A stretch of DNA of 64,000 nt from the human T2T-CHM13v2.0 reference genome, Homo sapiens, in the NCBI RefSeq assembly GCF_009914755.1, contig NC_060931.1; one strand, given 5' to 3'. Shown in pieces: positions 28,060-44,930 of this stretch. Within the stretch, counting starts at the first letter, position 1. The number at the start of each line of letters is the position of its first letter. The translations under genes were made by a program, and so were the position numbers. Under the pieces are notes generated by a model that was not told the DNA's origin, did not search any database, and was given only the letters and a program-made list of their open reading frames with translations.

Positions 28060-30190
28060 TAGAAATCAGGTATGTGGACAAATGTATTACATAGTAGATT
28101 GCATGGACAGTTTTTAGAGGGGAGCTGTAGAGAAAATGCTATTTGAGTAGCTTATTCCTGGCTAAGAGAATAGGGGAGTATTTCATGGAGTTAATGGTAA
28201 TTAAATTGAGGCTTGAAAGGTATGGTAACATTTGGACAAATAGAATTTGAATAGAGACATGCTAAGTGGAGCAAATTAAGACTCTAAAAAAATCAAAGCA
28301 AATATCTAATAGCTCAGTTTGATTCTAGAATGTAGAGATAAGTGAAACAAAGTAAAGGAGAGGCAAATTCAATCCTAAGAATGAAAGGCCTTAGGTTTTA
28401 GGCTAATAAGTTTTGTTTTATTTGGTAGGTATTCAGGAGCCCCTCCCTATCCTAGTTGATGCACTTGTAAGAAGAGGCACCAGGGAAATAGTTGGATGAC
28501 TTGAAGTCACATATATTAAATTTAGGCATTAATGTGTTCCCCCACTTCCCCCTGTGCCAGTCTAATGTACTATAAAAACATATTATATATTTGCAAAAGG
28601 TATGTCTGGCATATTCTGTAAAGATAATGATGAGAGGGATGTTTGAAGACATTTGGTAGATGTGAGAAATATGAATTTGAAATTGTTATTGGAGTAAAGA
28701 GGGAAAAACTATCATTATAGTAGTAGGTGGAAGAGAGACTGCTTTTAAGATGCTTTCTAGAGACACTTAGTATTCTTTGGTATATATTTAAGAAACAATA
28801 TTTAAGAAAACAAACAAAAAGACTTGGGATAGAACTGAAAATATATCAGCCATTATTTGAGTAAGAGTCAGAATCAGAATATTCAAGTGAAGATACTTAA
28901 GAGTCAGTGGAAGACAGCTGAGCAAAAGAGGATGAAAAATTGCATTTACTAGATGTTTTAAAGTGCTAAAAGTCAATAGCAAATATTTTGTCAAAATATA
29001 AGTGTGTTGTATAGCAAAATATATTTACTGATTGTTCAAAACTCAAACCAGACTTTTATTTGGAAAACATGTTGTACTTGGTTGTCAGGTCGCAGGCTAG
29101 CCCATCCATTTAACCCTCGTGTTAAAAAAGAAGGGAGTGGTCCATGTCCTTTACAGAGCTTGCAAGTATTATTTGTTGGTATTTATTTTTTTTTTAATAT
29201 GAACTTAGTTGTTAAATCTTAAAAATTGGACTCTGTCTCACTCTCTCTCTCATGCACACACATAATGATTTACCAGTCTGTCTGGGAAATTCCGATTTGG
29301 CAAGACTAAACCTACATTCCTACAAAGCAGTAATGGCAGTAATTTTATGGGTCTTAAAAAAACACCTCTTTAGAGACTTTGCCATAGTACCATGAAACTT
29401 TCCTTTGTCCTGCGCCTTGCCTAATTAATATTTTTGTCTTTAGGTATTTTATTTTGTGACCCTTATGTTGTATGTGATATTTATCATATTATTCTTTCTG
29501 GTGATTGTTGCCTTGAAACCTAACGACTACATGCAAAAATTTTTGTAGTCAAAATAAGTTGGGATTACAAATGAGAGACCAGTAACTGATCACTTATTCT
29601 AGTGGGTTTAGATTCAGTCTGTTTTATGTTGCCTTGGAGTTTTCCGCAGATGTTCACTCCTTCCATAACTGTTGGTTGTTTCCTTGGTCTGAGAGCAATC
29701 CTATCAGATTTACATTCAGAAAAACAAATAACAAAAAGACTTGGGTTGGGTGTGTAGTATGGATTCAAGAGAGTTAAGAATGAAGGATAAGGGACCAGAA
29801 AGGAGATTGTATAACCAGTAGGTACTTTGAATGTGAAGGTTAGGGGAGGGTTGTGGACTGGATGTATATGTTCGAGAATCATTTGCAACAAGTAGTTGTT
29901 GATTCAAGAAAAAGAATACAAATTGGGACTAGAATGGTATCTTGAGGAAACTGACATGGTAGAGGCACATGTAAGAATAGTAACCCACAAGACTGAAAAA
30001 CAGGGTTGAGAGTTAGGAGAGGAATTAAGAAAGAGTGGTATCATGCAAACCAAAGGAAGAGTTTTGAGAAGGAAAGAGTAAACAATGAGCTAAATGAAGC
30101 AGAGAAGTTAAGCAAACTAAGAATTAAGAAGTCATATTGGATTTTTCAGCTAGGTTATTCCTGTCCTGATAATAAAATGTTTAGTTTCAA
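28060..30190 (-). mobile_element. fragmented L2 (28060-28828 and 29746-30190)
   Basis: gaggcttgaaagg; gaatgaaaggccttagg; gtggactggatgtat; gtatcttgaggaa; gaagtcatattggattt. Confidence 0.55.
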
Positions 30191-30394
30191 GGATGTAAAG
30201 ATTTACTAAACTCTGAGAACGTCTATATAAATTTATTAATGTTGAAAGAATGGAATCTCTTTCATTCTAATTCCAACAAATGATTTTTTTTTCATGTAAC
30301 AGCATCATGGAAAGTAATGAAAAAGAAAAAAAAACAGTAATTTATTTATGAAAAGAAATAAATGATAAATGAATAATACACTAATGATACTTTG

Positions 30395-30518
30395 GATGAA
30401 TGTGTAAAATTACCATCCAAACTGGGACACTTCTGAGAGGGAAAGGGATAGCTATTAATAATTGCAATAGGTATGAACCACATCTATCCCAGCTAATCCA
30501 GGACTAACGATCACTGGA
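30395..30518 (-). mobile_element. MER94-like hAT-Blackjack element
   Basis: atccaaactgggacacttctgagagggaaaggg..gctattaataatt matches the reverse of the recalled MER94 consensus. Confidence 0.65.
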
Positions 30519-30550
30519 ATTATAGTTCACATTTATTCAGTGCTAGCTAT

Positions 30551-31181
30551 TGTAGGAGCCAAAGGGGCAAGTTACCCTTGGCCTTCTGAAGGTTCACCAA
30601 AAAAATCAACTTGCAAAAGACAGATTAATTGGAAAAAGGCATATAAACTTATTTAACATGTATACATAGGAGCCCTCAGCATGAAGATCCAAAGATACAG
30701 GGGAAGTTCTCTATTTTTATGCAAAGGCTCAACAAACTATAGACAGCTGTGTAGAAATATTGGAGGAAAAGTGTATGATTTAATGCTAATAGACTGAGTG
30801 GAGAACTCCAGCAAGGCCTGTCTGTCTAGATTCTCCCTGGTCTCTGAGCATGCATTCCTTCCTGGTACGGGGCAGGACTTTCCGGGGATCTGAAGACCTA
30901 CAGTCAAATAGTATAGGTTAGATAATTTCTTTACAGCAAGTTATGGCACAGAAAGGTGAGGGAAAAATTAGAGTAATATTTTTAGGTTTTGACTAGCTTT
31001 GAGGAAAGGGGGCTTTGATTTCTAGGACTTCCCTTGAGGAGGAGGGATTCTAGTTTCTATGGCTAGCCTTGGGGGAAAATGGGACTGAGAGACAGGAGTG
31101 CAGAAGATCAGAGACAAACATTGCTTTCTGAGGCTACTTCTGAGGCCTTCATTTTGGGATATTGTTTTCTGAGCCCCAAAA
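30551..31181 (-). mobile_element. ERV1 solo LTR (MER34/LTR48/LTR49 group)
   Basis: reverse complement begins tttggggctcagaaaacaatatcccaaaatgaaggcctcagaag; TSD ctat/ctac. Confidence 0.75.
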
Positions 31182-31604
31182 CTACCAGACAATAAGAAGA
31201 GTTCTTTATAGGTTTATCTCATGACTAGTTTTAGTTGACAACATTTGTAATTCTTTCTTTGTATATGGTGAATTCATTGACATATATACTCTACATAATT
31301 TTGGTGACTTAAATGTTTATTTAAAAAAAAGGTGCCCACTATATACCAAGCTCTGTCCTAAGGGATGGGAAATGAAGATGATTAATACATAGTTCTAGTT
31401 GTTAATGACTACCAGCATACTTGAGAGAATCTGCAAATGAAATTTTAATGTATTATAGTAAAGTGTCATGTTGATAGTGTGGTTTATGAAGACCTCAACT
31501 AGTATTTTAGCACATTATATACTATAATTATTAGGGTTAAGGTTAAGAAAAAGTACAGCTAGTTGTACATATAAATGGGATTTTCTCTATCATGAAAAGT
31601 ATAT

Positions 31605-31607
<3 letters not shown>

Positions 31608-31640
<33 letters not shown>
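31608..31640. repeat. (TG)n microsatellite
   Basis: directly visible. Confidence 0.97.
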
Positions 31641-31642
<2 letters not shown>

Positions 31643-32619
31643 TAGTTCAGTTCTTTATCACAAAGGGATGCATTTCCATATTGATAATGTAATTTTAGCC
31701 ACACTAAAGCTATATCCTGTGAAGAAGAGTCTGGCATACTCCTCTGACACATCTGGTAGATATGGATGGCATTAATTAGCATACGTATTGTTCTAAATGA
31801 CATGTCAGTCCAGGACAACAAAAAGTATTTGTTATTGATGTCAATCATTTATCCTTTGTCAATTCAAAAAGCTTCCCTAAAGGAATGTGCATTGGTCTTC
31901 ACTGACCCAAAATACTGCAAAACCACTTCCGTGTTCTGGAAACTAAAGCAGAACTACTTGTGCTTGAACTGCCATGTGGATATATTCATCTAGAAAGTGC
32001 CTGTTGATAAGTTTCAGTACTAAGACTTTCAAATTTGGCCAAGATTAGTTGAATCTTTAGAAAAGAAAACAAAACACCTACTCTAATCCTAAAATCTAGT
32101 CTTCAGTGGATATAGCTTTAATCTTCAGTAATGAAGTTTATGTTTTTATTTCACCTTGAAATAATTTTGAGATATTCTAGGTAAATAATTGCGAATATCA
32201 TTTACATTGGTTAAAAACAGAAGAAAATTGCACAAGTATCAATTTGTGATCAGATAGATGATGGTTTAAAGAGGTGCCCTTTTGCCCACATATATTTTAC
32301 TTTTTGTATTTTAGCTATTCTGATATAGATGTTTTTTGGCTTTGTTTTAACTATTTTCTCACAATAGTTTTTTTTTTTTAATAAATACCACCAGTATATT
32401 GTGTTAAGTTTATGAGCAAAAACTAACTTTAAAGTGCTATCATGCACATTTGCCCTAAACACGTGTATGTGTGTGTGTGTGCGTGTATATATATAATTTT
32501 GCTTTAAATGTTCCCCCTGAATTCCAGTTTATTATTTAGTGGAAGGGAGTATGAGTGACTTCAAGATAAGGCAAGGGGATGTGATCCAGGTAATGGCACA
32601 TGTTGAAGACATTTATCTT

Positions 32620-32913
32620 TTTTTTGAGACAGGGTCTCACTCTGTTGCCCAGGCTGGAGTGCAGTAGCATGATCTCAATCTTGGCTCACTACAGCCTTTG
32701 CCTCCTGGGTTCATGCAATTCTTGTGCCTCAGCCTCCTGAGTAGCTGACATTACAGGCGCATTTCACCATGCCTGGCTAATTTTTGTATTTTTAGTAGAG
32801 ACAGGGTTTCACCATGTTGGCCAGGATGGTCGTGAACCCCTGAGCTCAAGTGATCTGCCTGCTTTGGCCTCCCAAAGTGCTGGGATTACAGGCGTGAGTC
32901 ACCATGCCAGGCC
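32620..32913 (-). mobile_element. Alu (S/J)
   Basis: reverse dimer; TSD gaagacatttatctt/gaagatatttatctt. Confidence 0.95.
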
Positions 32914-35155
32914 GAAGATATTTATCTTAATTCTTAATTTTAATGATGCAGAAAATACCCATTATTGGAAACTTAGGTTTTGATAAAATTTGAATATAGA
33001 ACAAATTCTCTTAAACTTATGAATGTTCATCTCACCAAAGGTCAGATATTCATCTATCACATTTCTGTGTTCTTGTAAAGAAAGGTGGGATGTGTTGCAT
33101 TTTTACATCTTGTAAATTTGTTTGAGAATTAAGATGAAACCAGATTTAGAACATACCCATGTTAAATATGCTAGGATGTCCAATATACCTTGCTTCAGTA
33201 GCAGTTTCCCAACCTTTGTACCATTAAAAAAAATCTCATTCCAGATTTCTTGCTGTCTTACAGGCCCTGTACTGTTTCTGGTCTGTTTCATGTTCTTAAA
33301 ATCATCTTTTTTTATTATTCCATTAAAATTTTTAAAAACATTTTTTCCTTTACACTTTTCTAATCATCCTGTAATTCTTCAGCCCTAAGACATTAAAAAA
33401 AATGAGTAAAAATATCTCATACCTAATCGTCTTTGCCAGTCCATTCAAACTCACGGATTTGCAAAATTATGTTAAAGTCTTTTAAAAAATACATTTGAGT
33501 AGGCTTTGTAGTCATTTAGATTTTGATTATTAATTTTCTCTTGCTATGCTGCTTAGCCATAAAAAGGAAAAAGAAGATAGATGTGGGTTTCTTTTAGTGG
33601 TGTTAATTTAAATACTAGATTTATTTATTATAATGTTTAACAAGGCAATTCTTATATTTCTGTTCACCTCATATCCAACAGAAAATAATAGGAAGCTTCA
33701 ACCCCCCAGTACAGTAAGAAAAAAAAAACTGATGCGTTTTGTAATAATTGATTAAAAGTATAATTTCCCTCTAGATCAAACAAATAATAGAAGTCTGTTG
33801 AAGCTTTGTCCTGACCTATCCTGGAAGTAGAAGAATACTCTGGAGAAAGGAGCATTGTAAGCACAAAGAATAAGATTCCTCAATCCTGAGAGAGAGAATT
33901 AAAGTCTAACTCTCCAAATGTAAGTCATCTGTACTGTACATATTTTTCATCTCTCAGTTTTTATTGCTATTCAGGTTTTAGTAGAAATAATGTGCTGACA
34001 ATATTGTTTGGATTTTTTCCTCTACAAAATATGCAGGTGTTTTGGTTGTAACTTCTAAGTTTTGATTTGTGACAATACTTACTAACATAATATAAAATGA
34101 TACCTTACAATAATAATATTTAATGTAAAATAGATTAATATTAATTGTATTTTCTGATAGAGAGCCGTTAAGAATTTTGAGTATTCTGATGAAAAGAAGG
34201 AAATTTCCTTTGATATAGTATCTGCAGTTTTGCCATTATAATCTCTTTTTGCTCTAAACTTTGTTTTTTTTTCTTTTATATTTCTTCATATCTGAGAATA
34301 AGACTATCTTAATATGTCTGCTTGAATCTACCACCTGGTAAAAGATACATTAATTTCTTTATTCACTCCGTGTGGTGAAACTGAATTGAACTGAATTTTT
34401 ATCCATAATCTGCTACACAAATATATCAATTTTGTCGGCTCAGTGTACTGGAAAGACTGATTCCCTATCTGTTAGGAAAAACTTAAAAGATATGTATTAA
34501 TGATTATATAGAAACATAGAATTTTGTTGCTGTTCAGAAGTTGATAGAAGGAGGATTGAAGCTAATACTTGTCTTAGGACAATTACTTAGGAAGAAATCT
34601 CTTGTTCTTTGTGACGACTTTTATCTGGAATGTTACCTAGGGCATCATCCTTATGATAATGTGATATAATGGTTGTGATATACTGGTTTAACTGCCAGAA
34701 ATTTGACTTTTACTTAATAATTGATCATTTTATTATTCCTCAGTAAAAGATCTCAATGATACATATTGTTTGGTCTTTAAAAGTTCAAATTCTACAGTAG
34801 AAAATGAAAACTTAATAAAGTTGACTACGGCTAAGTCATACATTGCATACAGTTATCTCCAAAATTGACAAGGTTTTCAATGCAATATTCTTATTGACAT
34901 AGCATCTGATGGAGTGGTCCAAGTGGCCCACGGTGAAAAATCTACATAATTTCCAGGTTCATGTTTAATCTTGTTACGTGGTGCATTCTGATAGAGCCAC
35001 CTAAACACTGGTCATTCCTGAAAATCTATAATTATAAATTAGCACAAACTGAATTTAGCAGTAACTATGCATAGAAAAGGAAGACTTTTTCGTTTTGGAC
35101 TTAGATGTTCAGTTCAAAACTTTTTTTTTGTTTGTTTTTTTCGTTTTGGACTTAG

Positions 35156-35470
<315 letters not shown>

Positions 35471-35699
35471 CAAAACATTTTTTAAATCATTGAACTAGAT
35501 AGAAAAACCTTGAAGAAATACTACAAACCTTACCATTCTTTTCACTAACGTGAAACAGCTTTTCTTCTTATTGAAAAATGTGATGAAACTTTAAAAGCCT
35601 ATTTAAATTTGGTGGGTCAGTACCGTGCTCCCATTTATGGTTTGAGGTTGATGAAGAATTGGAAAATAATGCCGTTCACAGAAAAATCTTGGTGACCCT

Positions 35700-36010
35700 C
35701 TGCTCTACAGAAATAAGAATGAACAAATTACAGCACAGATTATAGTGGTTGAACTGCAGAAATAAAAAGTTGAGTGGAAAACCTCTACCCCCCAAAATTA
35801 TACAGTATGTTTATATATATATATATAAAGTTCCAAACTAGACTTTAGTGTTTGGAAATGCAAGAAGTGATGATAACAAAATTGGAATAATGGTTAAATT
35901 GTAGGTAGGTAATAAATTGAGGTGGAGGTTCCAGAATTTTCTGGTATGTTGGAAACATTCTGTTTGTTCACCTGTCTGATAGTTACATGGAGGTTTGTTT
36001 CATGAAAAAT
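35700..36010 (+). mobile_element. ancient L1ME-type 3' end, left part (resumes at ~43535-43610)
   Basis: ggtatgttggaaacattctgtttgttcacctg...agttacatggagg...tgaaaa, continuing as cattgagttgt...gcatgtgtaatgtaattcaaag after the L1MC. Confidence 0.55.
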
Positions 36011-37254
36011 CTATTGATGAGAAACTGGATGCTTTTCTGCTAAGGTCAGGGACAAGGCAACGAGGTTCCTTCTCACCTCTCCTATTCCACATTATACTGG
36101 AAGTCCTAGCTAAGGCAAGAAAACAAAAAAAGGAAACAAAAGACATTGTGATTGGGAAGGAAGAAATAAAACTCTTCACTTGCAAATGCCATGATTGTCT
36201 GTATAGAAAATCCCATATAATCAATAACAACATAAACTCCTGAAACTAATGAGTGATTAGTGTTAACACAAGGTTAATATACAAAAGTCAATTGCTTTCT
36301 CAGATGCCAGCAGTGAACAATTGGGGTTTTAAATTAATAATACAGTACTGTTTATATTAACACCAAAAAGATAAATACTTAGGTATAAATCTAATAAAAT
36401 ATGTATAAGATCAATATTAGGAAGACAATAAAACTCTGATGAAAGAAAATCAAAGATCTGAATAAATGGAGAGATAGTCCCTTTTCATGGATAGATGGGT
36501 TCAATATTTAGATGTCACTTCTTCCTAAGTTGATATGTATATTCAACACAATCCCAGTCAAAATCCCAGCAAGTTATTTTGTGGGTATTGACAAACTAAT
36601 TCATGAGTTTATTTGGAAAGGAAGAGGCCCACATTAGCCAACATAATATTGAGGAAGAAAAAGAAAATCGGAGGACTGACAGTCTCCAACTTTAAGACTT
36701 AGTATAAAGCTAAGTAATCAAGATAATATGGTATTGTTGAAAGAACATAGATCATTGAAACAGAGTAGAAAACTCAGAAATGGACCCACACAAATATAGT
36801 CAATTCATCTTTAACAAAGGAGCAAAGACAATTCAAGGAAGAAAGGACAGTCTTTTCAACAAATAGTGCTTAAACAACTGGACATTTATGTGTTAAAAAA
36901 GTTAATCTAGACGACCTTATACCTTTCATAAAAGTGAACTCAAAATGGATCACAAAGCTAAATATAAAACAAAAAACTATAAAACTTCTAGAAGATAACA
37001 TAGAAGAAAATCTAAGTACCCTTGGGTTTGCTGATGACTTTTTAGATACAACATCAAAAATATGATCCATGAAAAAAATTAATAAGTTGGATTTCATTAA
37101 AATTAAAAATTTCTATTTTGAGGAAAGCTTCTGTTAAGAGAATGAAAAGATAAGCCACAAACTGGGAGAAAATATTTGTAAAATAGGTATCTGATAAAAG
37201 ATTTGTATCTAAAATATACTACAAAGAACTCTTAAAAATAATAAGAAAACATAT

Positions 37255-37579
<325 letters not shown>

Positions 37580-38307
37580 TTAAAAAATGGACAAGAGCTC
37601 TAAACATATACCTAACTAAAGAAGATTTACATATGGCAAGTAAGCATATGAAAAGATGCTCAATATTGTATGTCATTAGCTAATTGCAAATTAAAACATT
37701 GAGGTACCACTACAGACTTATTAGAATGGCAAAAATCCAAAACACTGATAACACCAAATGATGGTGAGGATGTGGAGCAATGGGAATTCTCACTCATTGC
37801 TGATGGAATGCAAAGTCATATAACCACTTTGAAAGACAGTTTGGTAGTTTCTTACAAAGCTAAACATAGTCTTACTATGTGATCCAGCAGTGACACTCCA
37901 AAGTATGAAATGAGTTGAACTCCAAATTAGCTGAAAACGTAAGTCCACACAAAAACTTGCACTAGAACATTTATAACAAGCAACTTTAACTAGGGTAACT
38001 TGGTTAAACATCCCAGATGTCTTTCAGTAGGTTAATGGATAAACAAACTGTGATACATCCAGACAAGGGAATATTATTCAATAATAAAAAGAAATGAGCT
38101 ACCAAACCACAAAGAGACATGGAAAAACCTTAAATATGTACTGCTAAGTGATTGAAGCTATATGAAGTGGCTGCATACTGTATGATTCCAACCACAGGCA
38201 TATGCTATTTTGTGGTGGTTCACTTTGTTGTGCTTTGCAGATACTATGTTTTTTTACAAATTGAAGGTTTGTGGCAACCCTGAGTTGAGCAAGTCTATTG
38301 GTGCCAC

Positions 38308-40909
<2,602 letters not shown>

Positions 40910-42130
40910 GCTGCTTTTCCAACAGAATGTGATCACTTTGTGTCTGTATCACATTTTGGTAATTCTTGCAATATATGAAACTTTTCATGTTATTATATCT
41001 ATTATGGTGAGCTGTGATCGGTAATCATTGATGTTACTATTATAATTGTTTGGGGCCCAGAAACTGGATCCATGTAAAACAGCAAACTTAATTGGTAAAT
41101 GTTATGTGTGTTCTGATTGCTCCACCAACTGGTCCTTCCCCTGTCTCTCTCCTTCTCTTCAGGCTTCCTTCCCTCTTCCCTAAAAAACAACGATGTTGAA
41201 ATTGGCCAAGTAATAAACCTGCAATGGCCTCTAAGTGTTCAAGTGAAAGGAAGGGTCACATATCACTCACTTTAAATCAAAAGTTAGAAATGATTCAGTT
41301 TTGTGAGGAAGGCATGTGGAAAGCCAACATAGGCCGAAAGTTAGGCCTCTTATGACAAACAGCCCAAAGTTCTGAATGCAAAGGAAAAGTTCTTGAAGGA
41401 AATTAAAAGTGCTACTTTAGTGAACATATGAGTGATAAGAAAATGAAACAGGCTTACTGTTGATATGAAGAAAGTTTTAGTGGTCTGGAGAAAAGATCAA
41501 GCCAGCCACAACATTCCCCTAAGCCAAAGCCTAATAAAGAGCATGGCCCTAACTCTCTTCAATTTGGTAAAGGCTGAGAGAGGTGAGGAAGATGCAAGAA
41601 AAATGTTTGAAGCTAAGAGAGGTTGGTTCATGAGGTTAAAGGAAATAAGCCAACTTCATAAAGTTTGAGGTGAAACAGCACATGCTGATATAGAAGCTGC
41701 AGCAAGTTATCCAGAAGATCTAGCTAAAATCATTGATAAAGTTGGCTACATTAAACAACAGATTTTCAATGTGGATAGAACAACCTTTTATTGTAAGAAG
41801 ATGCCATCTAGGAATTTTCTAGCTAGAGAAGTGAGGTCAATGCCTGGCGTCAAAGCTTCAAAGGACAGGCTGACTCTTTTGTTAGAGGCTAATGCAGTTA
41901 ATGACTTTAAGTTGAAGCCAGTGCTCATTTACCATTTTGAAAATCCTAGGGCCTTAATAATTAAATGCTAAATCTACTCTGTCTTTGCTCTAGAAATGAA
42001 GCAACAAAGCCTGGATGACAGCACATATGTTTCAGCATGGTTCACTGAATATTTTAAGCCCATTGTTGAGGCCTCCTGCTCAGGAAAAAAGTTTCTTTCA
42101 AAATATTACTGCTCATTAATAATGTACCTG

Positions 42131-42428
42131 GGCCAGGTATGGTGGCTTACACCTGTATCCCAGCATTTTGAGAGGCCAAGACAGGAGGAACACTTGAGGC
42201 CAGGAGTTCAAAACCAGCCTGGGCAACATAACGAGACCTCATCTCTGCAAAAAATTAAAAAATTAGCTGGGCATGGTGTCATGTGCCTGTAGTCCCAGCT
42301 ACTTGGGAGGCTGAGGCAGGAGGATCACTTGAGCCTGGGAGGTGGAGGCTGCAGTTGAGCTATTATTGTACTACTACACCAGCCTTGGTGACAGAGTGAG
42401 ACTGTCTCTAAAAATAAGAATAAAAAAT
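42131..42428 (+). mobile_element. AluJ within Tigger1
   Basis: diverged dimer; TSD approx. aataatgtacctg/aatgatgtatttg. Confidence 0.9.
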
Positions 42429-44719
42429 GATGTATTTGGTCACCCAAGAGCTCCAATGGAGATGTTCAAGGAGATGAATGTTGTCTTTATGCCTGTTAAC
42501 ACATCCATTCCATAGCGCACAGATCAAGGGGTAATTTCCACTTTGAAGTCTTGTTACTTAAGAGATATATTTCATAAGGCTGTACCTGCTATAGGTAGTA
42601 GATTCCTCTGATGGAACTGGGCAAAGTCAATTGAAAACCTTCTAGAAAGGATTCAGATTTCTGATGGCATTAAAAACATTCATAGTTCATGAAATGTGGT
42701 CAAAATATCAGCATTAACAGGAGTTGGAAGAAATTCATTCCAACTCTTTTGGATGACTTTGGGGGGTTCAAGACATAAGTGGAGGAAATAACCTCAGATG
42801 TGGTAGAAATAGAAAGAGAACTAGAATTAGAATTGGAGCCTGAAGATGTGATGGAATTGCTGCAATCTCATGATAAAACTTTAATAAGTGAGGAATTGCT
42901 TCCTAAGGATAAGCCCTTAGCAATTTTGGGCAATAAAGCATTTTTTAAGTTAAGGCGTGTACATTTTTTAAAGACATAATGCTATTGCATACTTAATCTA
43001 CTACAGTATAATGTACCTATAACTTTTATATGCACTGAAAATACCAAAGAATTTATGTGACTTGCTTTATTGTGATACTTTATTACGGTAGTCTGATAAC
43101 TGAACCTGCGATACCTCCAAGGTATGCCTGTATATGACATTCTGTAAAAGGCAAAAGTAAAACTTATCAGTGGTTGCCAGGAGTTATGGGCGAGAGAGAA
43201 ATAAATAGGCAGAACACAGAAGATTTTTATGGTAGTGCAGCCATTCTCTATGATATTTTAATGTTGGACACATGGCATTATGTGTTTGTCAAAATCCATA
43301 GGCCTGTACAAAACAAAGAGTGAATCCTGGTATAAACTCTGGACTTTAGTTAATGGTAATGTATCAGTTAGGGGTTCATCAGTTGTGGCACATGTACCGC
43401 ACTAATGTAATAGAGGAAACTGGGTTTGTGTTGGGGTTGTGGGAGAAGATATACATGGGAACTCTCTGTACTTTCTTCTCAATTTTCCTGTAAATCTATA
43501 GGAGTACTTTAAAGTCTATTAATTAAAAAAAGGAAAGAAAACATTGAGTTGTCATCTTTATTTCAGATACTTCTTTGCATGTGTAATGTAATTCAAAGTA
43601 AAAAAGAATTAAAAAGGCAATCTCAATGATTCTAAGTAGAATTCTGAGAAAAAGTGAGATAATTTCAAATTTGATCTGTCAACATTGAATATTCAAAGGT
43701 AAAAACATAGAATTTAAAAAACAATATTTCGTGATGTTACAAAGCAGTGTATTTTATTTCAGGAAAGTGCTAATGTCCATAGATGAGGACCTGTCTATTT
43801 CCATATATTTAATAACTTTTAATCACAGTTTATTTATCTATCATAAACTTGTCTTTAATATAGATGTTTCAGTTTCAAATGAAAATATAGATATATATTA
43901 CATTAAATATAAGAATATCCATGCTATAGTAATGAGCCACTCATCTTTATTGAATTGTTCATGGTTTCTTTCCTTAAATTTTAATATAATTTATGCAGTT
44001 GTCTATCATTCTGAGAAATACTTAATATTTAATCTAAGTGGGACTTTATTTTGTTAATTTTATGTTAGTATGTTGTTAAGAAAATGAAAAAGACTATCTT
44101 CGTATTCTTTCTTTGACGTGAAATTTTAAAATACACTTTCAGTTTTAAAAAGTACCAGATATGGGGTGTTTTCTTGTCTCTTTTTTCATTTTCTTTTTTT
44201 TTCTTCTTCTTCCTTCCCTTTCTCTTTTTCTTCTTTACTTTCTTCTTTCTTTTTCCATATTTTCAGGTGGTTAATTTTCCCAGGAGTGAACGTCATCTTA
44301 TTTAGTTGGTTGACATTAAGAAAAACCAGGAATTTATTATTCATAAAAATGAAATATAAAAAATCTCCCTTTTCTTCAGGCTCTGGATATAGCTAGGCTC
44401 AACACAAATGTCTAGGGAAAATGCATCTGTTGCTATTGCATTTATTTTTTTTTTTGTTTCTCTGAAAACTTGGCATTTGTAAGATATCTATGATTTTGAT
44501 TTGTCTTGGCCAAAGCCCAGATTACCAAGGAATTACATTTTGAACATATTCAACTAAGAATTATCTTTGTAGCAACTTTTCCTTTGCCATATTGAAATTT
44601 TGGGAATAAAATCAGATTTTGTTTTAAAAACCAGCTATGTTTCTTTCTAGTGCCAGAATGATTTTTTCTGTGTTAAAGCAGAATAAAGCAATGCTTATAG
44701 TCTATCTAAAACTTATTTT

Positions 44720-44930
44720 AAGCATACTGTGGAGAAAAGAGCCCCATTTTTGCATTTGCAGACCTGGGTTCAAATGTTTGCTCTGCCAGTTAGAATTTAT
44801 ATTGATTTTTGGTAAGTTTTGCATGTGAAAAAAAAATACTAATAATAATTTCTTTATTTGGTTATATAAAATTTAAATGATCAAATATTTAAAATACCTG
44901 ACACATAGCTGGCACTTACTTGATGGTAGT
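44720..44930 (+). mobile_element. MIR
   Basis: gacctgggttcaaat...gctctgcc...cctgacacatag. Confidence 0.65.

Noticed and set aside
33775-33919. Possible plus-strand exon (ttccctctag ... AAT/gtaagt)
   Set aside because: Stops in all frames; such splice-like pairs are common in intronic DNA.
41465-42979. Transposase-like ORFs as a TIGD1-type gene
   Set aside because: Broken by stops, frameshifts and an Alu; an ordinary decayed Tigger1.
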